Below, in pieces: positions 37,526 through 51,392 of a DNA stretch of 64,000 bases. The notes under the pieces are model-generated. The model had not been told where the DNA came from, made no database searches, and saw only the letters and a list, made by a program, of their open reading frames with translations. Each line of letters opens with the position of its first letter. Position 1 is the stretch's first letter. Position numbers and translations under genes: made by a program. Source of the DNA: Psilocybe cubensis (lineage: Eukaryota). The stretch spans positions 1,922,001-1,986,000 of the forward strand of contig CM039007.1 in NCBI GenBank assembly GCA_017499595.2, written 5' to 3'.

Positions 37526-40509
37526 TCAAATAACTTTAACCTCCTTACCACTCTGGCCCGTGGTCGTTGCGCGTACCAGGTCACTACACAAAGATCAGTT
37601 ACCAATCGATCGCATAGAACTAAAGCCAGACTTACTCAAATGCGCTGGCAACACATGACTTGATCTCCTTGTAGCTAACGACAAGGCAGCTTTGCTCATC
37701 ACGCGCAACAAGCATGATTTGCTCATCAGTGCCAGCGTCAAGCTGCATTGCGAGTCATCAGCTCCAAGCATTCACAAAGTAACAACAGCAGACTAGTATT
37801 CACCTTGTTCAGACATGTCAACACATGCGAAAGGTCCAACACCGGATTGCCATGCTCATCTACTTGATGGAACACATAATCGCGGAACAGCTTGATGATG
37901 TATCGATCTCCCGTCTCTGACCAACGAGCATCACGAGCGAACTCGGGTCTTTCGTTGATAAATCCAAACTTGCACATCAATCTGAACAGACGCGCGTTCT
38001 CCAGCTCGCCAAGAAGTTCGTGTTCCAATCGATCAGTGGCCCTGTTAAGGTTGAGATGAGATCAAAAATTGTTAACCAAAACGAGGAAAACGAACATCAG
38101 TGCCTCGTCATGCTCCTGCAAGATTCTACCCTCGAATCATTTCAAGCAATTTGTCGATAGTCTGTCAAATGGGATTAGTACATGTGAATACATAGCGGAT
38201 ATTGTTGTTGCACGACGCACCTTTGGCGCCTTACCAATTAAGGACAAAGCGACGGTCTGAAGCTCCACACTGTAGAACTTTTTCATCGTCTCCATGCTCT
38301 TTTGAAGGTTTGCTTGACTGGAAGCAGCCAGGTTGTTCGTGCAAAGCGCAAAGATTAACCGCCCTAGCTTGTTCAAATCTTCTTGTTGGTAAATAGCCAC
38401 ATCTTGTTGTGGAGTACCGTACGCGAGAACGTCAAAAATACCACAGGAACTGATCCTGACGCTGTATTTCAAGCAACAAATCATTAGCCATATATTATAT
38501 CGGAATGAGAATGGTTACGAACCGATTTTGTCCAGTTACCAAAACCTTTGTCACATCTATCATCCTTACAGCAAGATCCGACGAATGCACTTTCTTGATG
38601 GCAGATGCTAGTTGAATGATATATGACCACAACGTGCGCTCTGGTATAGTCTGCTGGGCTTGTTGGAGCTGATGAAGTTGTTGATGACGACCGTAATAGA
38701 CAGTCTGCTGATATGTAGGTGGTGGCTTCGGCTTCATATGTGCGTCGTAAAGAGTTTTCGCATTCGGGTAATATGCATATGACACAACGAGAGCTGATGA
38801 ATTGAAGACAAGTCAAAGAATGATCGTTGCACAGCATAAGATTTAATTACAGTTATCGTTGAAAGACCTCGTCGTGAACGCCTCGCGCACAGGGACGATG
38901 CTTGGGTGTTGGATATTTGACCACTTCTCGATCGGTGCAAATGCAGCCTGGTGAGTAAGACGAAAATCTTTTAATTTAAAGTAGGTTAGGCTCATTCCAT
39001 GATCGGAGAATTAAAGGACTCACTCTCAATCCTACGCAACGCATGTGGGATCCCATCAGATGTCCGAATAGCTCTGTACACCATTGAGAGCCAATTTCCA
39101 AACTTCTTGCGCTCAAGATTAGGGAGTACCGGTTCCAATGGGACGAGTGTATGGTAGCCCTGCAATTCTTCTGGGAGATTCAGACCCATAGGAGCGACTT
39201 GTCGTATAGTTTCGCTGCGTTCTTGAAGAATTTGTCGTAAATCAGTAGAAGGCGGGACAAATAGGTTGTTCGTTGAATCTCTGATAAGTTCTTTGGGCAT
39301 GGAGGGCGTGTATAGAAGATAGTTGAGCTATTGTATCAATTGGTGAGGTTAAATGAAACAGAGCACCACATACAATTAATGACTTACAGGTTGGCGTAAA
39401 AAGACAGGACCAGTAGTGTAATATGACGTCTCCATCATATTATCTGAATATGGATTAGGTGCGTGGAATTCCCTCTGTCCGTCATCATAGTAAGCTCCAT
39501 CGGACTGTAAAATACAGTGTAGATAATAAGCAGAATGTACAATGGTGTTAAACGATAAAATCGAGACGAACAAAATCCATGCCCTGCATTGCATTTGCCG
39601 TTTGATCCACAGAGTAATCATAATTGTCATACTCAGATTGTTGATTAGAATCAATCTGAGTGTCTTGATACCCTTCTAGATGAGTGTCATGGCCATGACC
39701 ATTCCCGTTTCCGTTGTTAAGGTAGTCCTCAGAAATAGCAAGAGGAGAGCTATCGCGGATTAGACTTTGATAATTTAATAACATTTATGTTTGCTCACTC
39801 AGAAGAAGTAGTTTCGGTAGGAGTAAGCGGGGGTGGAGATTTCGCTTCTCGTACAAACTTTGGGACGAATACGGGTGCGTTTACGGCCTGTGGTGTGAGA
39901 GCAGCTACGCTAGGGGTTTCGATGCGTGGTGCCGGGGAGGTGGGTCTGAACGGAGGTTAGATGGTAGGATTCAGGCTGGCGGGAGACATACGGCGGGGGT
40001 GCTGCCTCTGCCGGCTATCATAAAGGAGGATAGGCCGTAAGCACGACTTAAAGTCCTACAAAACATCAAAGGACAGACATACCGGTGGGTGGTAATATAT
40101 GCAGCCTTTATCCTGAAACTTGCAAGACCTGAAAGAGCACTCGTCAATATCTTGAAAGATCTGAGCACAATGTAGGTAGATGTCCAAATAGATTATTTAA
40201 GAATAGGACTATGTCACAGTGGTTTGTTGATATTCATGGGTTGATCGAAGGACTTGTTGCCACTCGCACATAAACACTCACCCGTGAATAACTATGTTTC
40301 GGCATTGCCTTTGTACAGAATCTATGATGAATAAGTATCAGCTCATGTCCTGGCGCAAACACGTCCGTAAAATTGGCCAGCAGACGACGCGAGATTGTAC
40401 TGGCTACATTACCTTTGCGTGGGCTTGGTTGTTTCGTTGGGGTCTCTTCCTCCGAATTGGGTCTCGCGATTCTAACCGCTGTAGATTGTGGCCTAGAAAA
40501 GAACGCCAT
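37526..40509 (-). CDS. PAN3: PAN2-PAN3 deadenylase subunit PAN3
   Basis: CCCH finger ([21 protein letters not shown]), [56 protein letters not shown] and [22 protein letters not shown]. Confidence 0.95.
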
Positions 40510-41017
40510 ATATGATTGATATCGGAGCAAGAAATGGTCCTGACTGTCGCCTCCAGTCTGCTGCCCAGCAGAAACGACGAGGCGGAGGGAGATTATTCAG
40601 AACCTGTACATCAGCCATTCATCCGCTTTTGGCGTCATCTGATACCCTTGCCTAACATGGCCACATTCCACAATGGCGGCATTTCGGCACGGCAGGTTTG
40701 TTGAACAGTTGGCATTCGTCCAATTTCGCCCTCTAATCATGTTGTACTTCCTTGCATATCATGGGAAAGCTATCATCGAAATTGACCCTCAAAAGAACTC
40801 GATTATTGATGGCATTCGGATCGTGAGTTCGGCTTCCTTTTGTATGGATGTCGGCTGTCTGGTTCACGACTATATTCAACAGAATTTTTGCATGAGTGAT
40901 GACGGTGGGAACAGGCGACAGTCAAAAGTTAAAGAAGCGGCACTTCGCGTATTGCGTTAATCTGTCTAAGGAACGAAGACCCTCAGCATAAAGCGGAGAA
41001 AACCTGCGCTTAGCACC

Positions 41018-44000
41018 ATGACCAGTATTGATAAAGACTCCGACAGGAGCCATCGGTACGTCCTTCATAACTCGAACCTTCAAGCTGTCATCTTAAATGT
41101 CTCCGACCAGTATTCTGGAAAACGAACCTCAAGATATCGGTCGCCAGCAGGTGGAAATCTTAGGTGAGAAGTCCTTCTTTACTCGTTCATTGGAATGATG
41201 ATTCTCATGTATTGTTTCTTCTATTTCAGTTGTGAAAGCAATCAATCTCCCTATTCTAAAAAACAAACTTGGAAAAGAGAGACGATTTTATGTTACTATC
41301 ACTGATGGGACAACAACAAAAAAATCCAAAATCATGAATTCTCTAAATCGTTCTGTGATGTGGGACCAAACAATGGATGGATTGTACGATTTTTTATGCG
41401 AATGCATGCCTTCCTATACCAATCAATGATATGCGCTATAGTACCGACACTTCCAACATAAAGCTCTCACTCTTTGCGGAATATCAGATGCACAAGGACA
41501 AGTTATTAGGATCTGTCAAAATCAATGCTAAACCCTCAATCGGTTTGTCGGTCACTGCTACCTAATTTTTGAGTCTGACTAGCCCTCAGATTCTTCATAT
41601 CTCCTTGAAAGTGACGTAGTTCCGGATCTCACCGTGGTCGTAACAGTACACATGCACGACTTGGTGCAAGTCGCTAGTGATGCTCTGCGCGAAATTGAAG
41701 CAGAAGTTGTAGAAGTAAACATTCTGGCCGAATGGAAAGGAGCCATGGATAACATTGTGTGGGTCATGGATGTTATCGGAAATCTAGCACAGGCAAGGTC
41801 TTCATCACCGTATCCTTGACATGTGCTCAACTCCTTCCTAGATTCATCCATATGCGCAAATGGTTTGGGTGGTTCTCTCTTCCATTCCAAAGGCATGTTC
41901 GTCATTAGTACGACTGGATAACCTCGCTGACTTTTTTTCAGTTGCTGATTGCTCAATTTGAGCATGACGAAAACATTCGGGCACTCATTAACGCCATGCG
42001 CAGTGCATTTGACCTAGTTCAAGCCGAATCTTTATTAAAGAACATCAAACCCAACTCCCACCAGGCTCTTACTCTCAAAGTCATGCTAAGGCATATAAAT
42101 ATATGCAGCGATGTAATCAAACGCTATGCAGAAGACAATGGTTTTAGTATGTCACCAAGGATATATTTTCAAACATACCCCTGAAATTCTCCGATTCAGA
42201 AAAGATGCTGCTGCTGAATGTCAGCGGAGGAATTGCCAAGGAGATCCAAACTCTATGTGAAACTTTGGGGAAGTTGCGTCAGGATCTATTGGATGGCGCT
42301 GTTATTTCCACTCAGATCGCTGTTGAGAAAATCAAGCGTAGTATGGATATACTACCGAAGCAACTTGCGGACATGGGCATGTTCAAATACTTCGAGGAAA
42401 AACGCAGAGCAATAATCATTTTACAGATATTGACATAAAAATGAACGAGTTTCCCTACAAACCAGGGTGGCGTTCAATATCTAACGTCGAAAGAAATGGT
42501 TGTCTTCCTGGGACACGTACCGATTTCCTCAATTATATTACTCGTTGGGTTGATGACCCTTCATCTAAACCTGGATTAGTTCTCCTCGGGAAAGCAGGCA
42601 CTGGAAAATCAACCATCGGTCATGAAATTGCTCTGCGATTTCAATTAGAAGATCGACTAGGATCGTACTTCTCTTTTTTCAGGACCGAAAAATCAAAACA
42701 CGAGGACCACCATCTTTTCACGACGATAATTCATGACCTTGCCAGGCGCTATCCGTCATTTAAATCCGCGATAGGATCGCTCATCAAGGACGATAAGCTT
42801 CTGCAATCAACGGATAACTTCAATTTATTATTCGATACTTTACTCTTGGGTGCTTTACGTAGAATTAGCATGGATGGTCCGATCCTTATAATCATCGATG
42901 CCTTGGACGAAAGCGCGCACCCGACAGGAAGAGCAGGCCTGGCTGCCTTTCTTACTCGTTCTATCAGCAAACTGCCAACAAACTTTCGCGTATTCATCAC
43001 ATCGCGTTTAGATGGAGACATTAAAGATTGGTTTGCCAATTCGGAACGGAGCCTGTTTGAAGTTCTCGAAATGGATGATCCAAAGTTGGCCAAAACGGTG
43101 GACGACATCCGATTGTTCTTTGAAGATCACCACAACCTTCCCCCAGTTCTCTTCCAGGAGTATGGACTTGAGCTAATTGAGAAATCACAAGGATTATTCC
43201 AATGGGCGGCGGTTGCGTGTGCCCACATCAATGAACCTCCACCTGGATGGACGCAGGTCGATTGCTTACGAGGCCTTCTGGTTCGCCAACACGCTGATAA
43301 AAAATATGCTCAGCCGCTAAACCGTCCACTGTATGAGTTGTATGACACTGTTCTTGCCGTGCATTTCAATACGGAGATTGCGTGTGATCGCTTCCGATCT
43401 GTCATGGGACATCTACTCGCTGCTATGGTACCCTTTTCGGTCAACTTACTAACAGCCATTCGAAAATCCATCCCATCCTCTGAGCAAGAGCATGAAGAAG
43501 CTGTCCTTGTGATTTTGAAATACCTGGGCTCGTTGTTAAGCAATGTCACCGCAGAAGATCATGAACTCCCTATCGTCCCTTTACACACATCTTTTCGCGA
43601 CTATTTGACCGAAGTAGTCAAGGAGGGAGATTCATTTTATGTTAATCTTCAAAAATCACACTACGACCTAGCCTGTTCATGCCTCTATGCGATGCTCAAG
43701 GAACTCAAATTTAATATTTGTGCACTCGAGTCGTCTTACATTTCGAATCACGACATTGAAGATCTCGATCATCGGATTCAAAAGCACATTCGACCTGTGC
43801 TACTCTATGCTTGCCAATTTTGGAGCGATCACCTAAATAATCTTCCGTTTGGCGAAGTCATCTTTCATCATATCCACAGATTCCTGGAAGAAAAGTTTTT
43901 ATTCTGGCTAGAAGTAATGAGCGTCACGGACACCTTACCCCTTGGTGTACAAGCTTTAACGGTATTGAAACAGTGGATGATGTCTTGTACGGACAGCAGT

Positions 44001-46347
44001 GTAAGCCTTGGATTTACGGTCCTAAACAAAAATTGTATATTTAAGATGTTTATAGACCGTATCAGGCGACAAGTGGAATCAACTCAATACTCTAATCATG
44101 GATGCACGCCGATTTATCCGCTATTTCTCCACGCCAATTGCAGTCAGCGCTCCTCATATTTACATATCCGCTTTACCGTTTACACCAACTGCTTCGAAAG
44201 TGTATCAGAACTACGCCTGTGCCTTTCTCAATACAATTTCCCTCGACTGCGGACAGCAAATCAATTGGCATGCCCTGGAAATGTCCATTGCTCTGACGGG
44301 ATGTGTTAATTCAATGGCCTTCTCTCCGGATGGCCGATATATTGTGGCCTCTTTATCAGATTGGACAATACGTATATTCGATGCAACAACTGGTACAATG
44401 AAAGGCAAACCGCTTACTGGACCCAAGGGCCGTTTTGCGACTCGGTCCGTGGCCTTTTCCCACGATGGAAAATGGGTCGCCTCTGGCTCATATGACGGAG
44501 ACGTACACCTTTGGAATGCATCGACATATGAGATGGAGAAGGGTCCCCTGACTGGGCACACAAAGGTGGTTCTCTCTGTCGCATTTTCCAGTGACGGACA
44601 GTGGGTCGTCTCTGGATCATACGACTCGAAAATAATTGTATGGAATGTACTTACAGGCAAGGTTGAGCGAGGACCTTATACAGGGCATGCCAAAGGAGTC
44701 CTATCTGTTGACATCTCTCCAGATGGAAAATATATTGTCTCGGGATCTCAGGACAAGGAAATTCGCATTTGGAACCTCTCTACAGGAGAGTTGGAACATG
44801 GCCCATTTGTTGGACATACTGATGCCGTCAATTCGGTTGCATTTTCTCCAGATGGCCAAAAAATTGTATCTGGTTCCAATGATCGCACAGTGATTCTATG
44901 GAATGCAGTGACAGGAGAAATCGACCAAGGACCATTGACTGGACACCTCCACGCTGTGTATTCCGTCGCATTTTCGCCGGACGCCAAGCGTATTGTCTCT
45001 GGTTCCTTAGACCAAACACTTCGGATATGGCATGTCAATACTGGACAGACAGAGCAAATACTTCATGCACATAGTAATGGAGGAGTCGATTGTGTTGCGT
45101 TTTCCCCCGACGGGGAAAGAATAGCCTCTGGCTCTCAAATGGACCAAACACTTCGGTTGTGGGATTCGTCTTCAACGGGCTTGAACAAGCCATCAGACCA
45201 GAGAGTTCCATTTGTATTGCAAGATGGCGAAGTACCTAGTTGGAACAATACATCTATCAGGTCTATCGCGTTTTCGCCAGATGGACTATTGGTTGCATCT
45301 GGCTCGAATGACGCTACAATATGTCTATGGGACATATCCACAGCTCAATATACGACGACTCTAGTCGGGAATGAGGATAAAGGATTTAAATCGGCTGCAT
45401 TTTCTCCAGATGGGCAATGGATCGCTTATGGGTCGTGCAAACCAATTCGTTTATGGAATCTGTCCACAGGAAAACATGCGACCCTGACGTGTAGTCTCTC
45501 CTTACGTGGACACACGAATTCCGTTGCGTCTGTCGTATTTTTTCCTGACGGGAAAAGGCTCGTTTCGGGATCTGAGGACGAAACAATCCGTATATGGGAT
45601 ACATCCACTGGTGAACTACTAGGAGGGCCGTTTATCGTTAAACAGAGTGTTTGCAGTCTTGCTGTCTCACCCGACGGAATGTGGATTCTATGTGGATCGC
45701 TGGAGCCAATCCTTCAACTGGTGAAGGTGTCTACAGGTGAAGTAAGACAAGAATTGACGATAGACGATCAATTCATCGGCTCAGTGGGTGTATCTTCCAA
45801 TGGACTGTTGATCGCTTGTGGACCTGAAATCCTCTTGTTTGACACATTGACTGGCGTAATGACACCAGGACGGACATTCAAAGATTGGTCAACCAGTTCG
45901 GTCGCTTCAGTAGGATTCTCTCCAGACGGCAGTCAAATTGTATGCGCGTCCGTTGACGATAACTTGTTACGTATCTGGGATTCGTCTTCAGGAGAACTGG
46001 AATACACTCTGCCCTCCGAACACACTGAAATGATCGACTTTGTTTCATTCTCTCCCGATGGTACAAAAATTCTTTCGTCTGCACGGGACCGGGCAATTCG
46101 AGTAATGTCTGCTCGACCAATAACTGACACGACATCCGAAATTTGCTTCAATGATCTATCCATCATCGATCGCGATGGATGGATACGCGAAGATGATGAT
46201 AAATTACTCTTATGGATACCAACTCTTCATCGACCGGGTTTGTACCACCCGAACGTTCCCATTCTTATCATATGCGACATCCCAACTCGACTCAATACCT
46301 CGAATTTCGTACACGGTTTAGATTGGGCAACATGTTACACGGGATAG
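41018..46347 (+). CDS. Fungal NLR: C2-like domain + helical NACHT-N region + NACHT + WD40 repeats
   Basis: C2-like VVKAINLP..RFYVTITDG..KKSK..VMWDQT; IHPYAQMVWVVLSSIPK helical region; CLPGTR, Walker A GKAGTGKS, Walker B IIIDALDE, LHTSFRDYL, LKFNICALESS, FLFWLEVMS and PHIYISALPF; about 14 WD40 repeats. Confidence 0.9.
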
Positions 46348-46806
46348 TTGATTCACGGGTGAAAGATTGCTGGCCAGCTCGAAGTCCTTTTTCTCGGTCG
46401 ACCGTAAACAAATCTGGAAGTCCTATCTCCACTGGATTCGACGTAGTGAATCAGACGCTTTCTGACTGAACCAATATTTTGGTTGGTATTTGTCTGCATG
46501 ATCATATTATTACTATAGATGATGAAAATTGTAAGGGGACTGTGGACCGTTTACTTGCACATTAAGAATGACCCCGAATAAGCGCCTGATGTATATCGGA
46601 ATCTATATATTCAAATGTGTAATGCAACAACTCTGCAAAAATGCCAAATGTGGTATGGTAATAATACAAATATGCGTTTCCGTATATGATACAGTCGTAA
46701 ATCTGGTCATGCTTCATTAGTATAAAAGTATCCAAGCGTTCATCCAATGTCCATTCCGCATCGTTTGTGTTGTGAGTGCGTTGTGAGTGAGGGAAATAAC
46801 AACACC

Positions 46807-47553
46807 TCAAGCCAATTTCGCAAGTGTGATAGTATTCTTCGTCGCGTCCGTGGAGAAATACACGTTCTTAAGGAAAACGTCTCCGACGAGCCACTCGGTA
46901 GGCCCACCGACGTTGCCGACCGCGATCCCGGAGACGCAGTCGCCGTTTTGGTCGTTGGGGTTGATAGGCGCGAACGCGATGTCGCGCGGGTCGATCTCGA
47001 AGGTCTGCCCGCCGAATTGGAGCGCGACTTTGTCGGTGAGTGTGCAGGGCACGGTGAAGCCGCCTTGGTTGTCGGATTTGGCGCCTTTGATGCCCGAGTG
47101 GATGGTCGCGGCGTCGGAGGGGGGCACGATCATGAGGGTTGTGCCTAAACATTGGGAAGGGAAGGGGTGGGTTAGGGTGTGGGTTTTGAGTAGGTAGATA
47201 CTATATTTAATTACCTGTGTCGAGGATGGCGGTACGGCCTGTCAGGCCAGTGTCTGCCCCGTTTACGGTGACTGAGCCAACGTCGGCCGTCCAGAATCCG
47301 TCTTGGTCGACGTTGGGCACGGTCACCATTGCAGAGCTGTCGAATTTGGCTGGGTCAAGAGCGCTAAAGAGGATTAAATATTTAATTTCAGAAGATATTG
47401 AATGATCAAAGAAATAACACACCCAAAAGTTATTTCTCCGTCGTTTTTGTTGTCTTCGAGACGGGAAAGCTTGTAGGAGACGATAGCTTCAGGGATGGCG
47501 TTGGCTGCTGCAAGAGCTTCAACGGGCGTCAAAGTCCTCTGCGTAGACAAAGA
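46807..47553 (-). pseudogene. C-terminal half of a pepsin-like (A1) aspartic protease; 5' half not found in the window
   Basis: GEITFG|ALDPAKF..GFWT..AILDTG|TTLMIVP..WLVGDVFLKNVYFSTD..ITLA. Only the second DTG motif is present, and the upstream sequence changes into MITEs and AT-rich DNA. Confidence 0.75.
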
Positions 47554-47763
47554 CTAAAAATAGAATATCTAATCAGTCACCTCCGTATTCCTCGCAATGG
47601 CCCTGACGGGCAGGCCTGGACTCTGGGCTTTGCTAAGGCAATAATACCAATACCAATACTATCATTGACCAGATGTTTGGTTTGACCGTTGATTTATTTT
47701 AATGGCTTATTTTCATTTCTAGCTGCTACCGACAAGACAGCTTCAGGCTCCGGGAAACTTTCC

Positions 47764-49124
47764 TAAGAGCTTGTCTGGAATTTTGCCAATTTTGGCCCTC
47801 AAATCTGCAAAACCAAACAGACCTAAACTATCCCTTGCCAATATTACTTCTCCAACACAACTTCGCCTTGCACTGCGTTTTTTTTTTAAAAACATGCTTT
47901 ATCTTAACTTCTTTTTGTAAGACTAGAGTAGTGCTGCCGCCACAGGACAGGACTGCACTGTGATTTTTCACACTCCGATATACTGCACAGCGTACCACAG
48001 TCACTGTGAAGGCTGTGCACAGTGTGCCGTAAATTTATGTTATTTTGTCAAGCCATGGTTACGAGGACATTTATGCAATTCCTGCCCTTTCTTTCTGTTC
48101 AACATTATGATTTAGTATGGCCTTAAAATGAAGGACTATTACAATTGGAAACAAAAATTCTCTTCTAGGTTACTTTTTAAGTAACCTACACAAGCTTGAT
48201 AAAAGCTTAAATAGATTTTTGTCCTCAAAAATGTGCAATTTCGATAAAACTTTCTGCAATCGGAAAGAAACATCTCAGTCTGGGTGGCAAGAATACAATA
48301 TTATACTTAAAAGTGAATAAAAACATGTAGCAATGTGTCTATGCTTTCACAATGAGACTTGAGAGTGTTGCTTAGGTGTTACGAAATGGTTTTATTTATT
48401 AAGTACAAACACTGGTTTTTGTATCTAATCTTATCTGCAGAGTATATCTAATCTTATCACACTTTCTACTAGAATCTCATAATCTTGTTTGGATCTTGTC
48501 GGATCCATTACATGATAACAGTTTTTCTTCTACACTTATGGGTTGGTCACTGTCTAACAAGGGGATATAATGTTCAGAAATAAATTCTGAATTGTAGGTA
48601 ATAAAACATCAGACAATAGTACTGGACATAGCCATCTTCTGTAACAAACGCTATGTATGTGGGCAAGGAACTGCGTGATTATGTGTGACGTCATTGGTCA
48701 CTTCACAGTACTTCACAGTAAACTGTGATAACTGTGAAGCGTGTCACACTGCTAAAAATTATGCTGCACTGTCACTGCACTGCACTGTGGTGACAGCACT
48801 TGGCTAGAGCAATCTAGGCCAGTTGAGACATGTCCGAATTTTCTTTTTTGTACAATATGCTAACATTCTAAACCTGAACTTACGAGTCCAGGCATTTGGG
48901 CATATTTAATGGATTTTGTATTTTATTTTTTCTATTTAAACTGAATTTTAGAATGTACAAATATTCTTTAATACTGGAAAATGTCCTAATAATTTGCAGT
49001 TTTAGTATCAAATCCATCAGATCCAGACAATGGTTAGCCTGCAATGCTATCAAATCCATAAAAAATGGAAAATAAAATGCCAAATTTTTGGCCTAAAATC
49101 TTTCAGAATCCGGACAAGCCTCTA
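47764..49124. mobile_element. Older non-autonomous TIR element (MITE) hosting a nested insertion
   Basis: Left end taagagcttgtctggaattttgccaattttggccctcaaatctg versus reverse complement of the right end tagaggcttgtccggattctgaaagattttaggccaaaaatttg; no clear TSD. Confidence 0.5.
47929..48801. mobile_element. hAT-type MITE (873 bp) with 8-bp TSD
   Basis: TIRs tagtgctgccgccacag / ctgtggtgacagcactt; TSD gactagag (47921-47928) / ggctagag (48802-48809); subterminal CACAGT, ACTGTG and TGCAC repeats. Confidence 0.85.
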
Positions 49125-49395
49125 AGAGAGCTTCTTAGGGCTTATGGCTTTTTATAGCCAAGATAATATATTTTTGTAAGACTTCTCCTTAAGCACGCAA
49201 CATCACTTAATATATTTGTATGTGAAACACAATGCACCAACGTGCTACTTTTTTTCTTTGTTTTTAATTGTATTGTTTGCATTGCAAAATAATCAATTTT
49301 TAATACTTATTTGTTTTTGCTTGTTTCTGTATTATTTCTGGTCAAAAAGAAAAAAAAAGTAAAATTATGTATATGTATAATTTATATACTAAAGA

Positions 49396-50367
49396 TTATA
49401 TTTCAGCATCATAACCAAATTTGTGATCCATATATTTAATATATAATATTTTCCAAACAAATTCTGCGGTTGACTGCAATTTGTGCCACTCTACCAAAAG
49501 AGGTCGATTCTATAAAAAATAAATATTTATTAATAGGACATATAAAAGTATAATAAATTTCGTACCATTGTTTCCCGTTCAAACTGGTTCATACAAATAT
49601 GGATAGTGGTCATGTGCTTGTAAATATCCTCGGAATCCTTGATATTGAAAAACTCCAAAAATTTCTTCCAGTCTGTTTTGTCGATGAAACGGGATACAAG
49701 TGCAACATATACCACATACTTGCTGCTTAGAATTGGTTCTAGCAAGTAATATGCTGCCACAAAACTAATAGAGCTAACAGAAACAACAAATACGTCGTTT
49801 GTTGGCCAGTAAATGTCGTTGGTAATTGGTTCAATACAATAACCTTCAATCAGCTCTGAATTAGCATCCTAAAATAGCAAAAATAAATATAAAAATATTA
49901 GTATATAGTGTAAAATGACTTACTAAAGCATATATAGCATATTCTTTATAACCAAATTCTACAAATTCCTGGACAATTGTGCCGTATCCAGGAAATCTAT
50001 CAGATCCATAAGGAAATACAGAAAATATTGCTTCTTTAGCATGACATGTAATACATACGCTAAAATTGCGTAAAGTATAATGCCATGGGTCAATAAGACA
50101 TTTATGCTGATATCGCCTCCATTTGATCTGGTTGTTCCAGACACCTAAAGTGTCAAGCTCAGTCCAACGTTGGTTGATTGGAACATATTTCATAATGAAG
50201 GCAGTTTCGATTTCGGCATTGATGTCTTTTAATAGATAGCCAAAAGATTCTAAATGAATTAGATTTAAGTATAATATGTTTAGATATAAATAATATAATT
50301 GCTTACTTGATATTATATCAAATGGCGGAAGAAGTTCCGAATATTGATTCAAATTGAGAAAGTCCAT
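49396..50367 (-). CDS. Hypothetical AT-rich spliced gene
   Basis: ORFs 49861-50367 and 49530-49760 and a last exon NRPLLVEWHKL...GYDAEI* join in frame via GT-AG introns. Confidence 0.55.
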
Positions 50368-50740
50368 AATGACAAGAAGGACTAATAAACGACAAACACG
50401 ATTTGAATGTGATGCAATAAAACTTTGTTATTGCAATTTACGCTTTAAATAGGACAAGCTCAAGAGTAGATTACTAATATAATATAACAAAATGGCGCCA
50501 TTTTCTCACTGTTTAATAAAATGGTGTCATTTTTTCACCATTTAATAAAATGACTAATTTTCAATGCATTTGTTGCTATACAATTAGTGCAATTAGTAAT
50601 ATGCCGATGTCATTTGAATACTTCTATTAATATATCACTATAGTATTGATACTATTATCAAATCTATCATCATCAATATCACTGTTGCTATGTTACTAAT
50701 ACTGTTTTAGTTTTCTTTAATTGCTTCCATTACTATAGTC

Positions 50741-50860
50741 CTGTACTATCAACGCCACTGCCATTGCATTAATACAATATACTGTGTTATCAACGCCACT
50801 ATCATTGTATTAATACAATATGTGCTATCAACGCCACTGTCATTGTATTAATACAATATA
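50741..50860 (+). repeat. Tandem repeat, 3 x ~40 bp
   Basis: Unit tatcaacgccactRYcattgYattaatacaatat. Confidence 0.9.
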
Positions 50861-51232
50861 TTGCTTTAGGTTACATCACACTATTGCCAAATTAGTATAC
50901 ATTATGCAGGGTTACGGAAATTAAAATGCTAGACACCGGCTAGATAGGTATGTTGGCCGCTAGACCACAAAAAAACAATTTAAATGCAGTTAGATTCTAA
51001 ATGATGATGAAACAACTTTTGTATACTTGTTTCAAAAACATGCTAATTCCGTAGAAGTTGGACCGTATATTTGATAGATTTGATAAAAATCAATCATATA
51101 AATAGAACGTACATATAATAGAATTGACTGCTAACATTAGTTATATATATATATATACTTGTTCTATTCCATTTGAGTTAGTGCATAACCAATATCAAGA
51201 GAAACTTACTAATTTAGTATTATACATTTTTA

Positions 51233-51392
51233 TACGTAAAGCCAGTGCTATATTGAATGAGTAAGAAATACACGTAAGGACACGTAAGTCTGTGCTGTAT
51301 TGAATGAATAGTAAGTACACGTAAAGCTAGGGCTGTATCAAATGATTAATAAATATACGTAAAGCTGGAACTGTATTGAATGAGTAATATAT
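51233..51392 (+). repeat. Degenerate tandem repeat, about 4 x 38 bp
   Basis: Unit acgtaaagc..gctgtattgaatgagtaa. Confidence 0.8.

Noticed and set aside
44280-46110. High-internal-conservation WD40 array of the het-e/het-d type
   Set aside because: The repeats are clearly diverged from one another, with no sign of recent concerted evolution.
50741-51392. CRISPR-like repeat arrays
   Set aside because: Eukaryotic context, adjacent degenerate units without unique spacers, and no cas genes.
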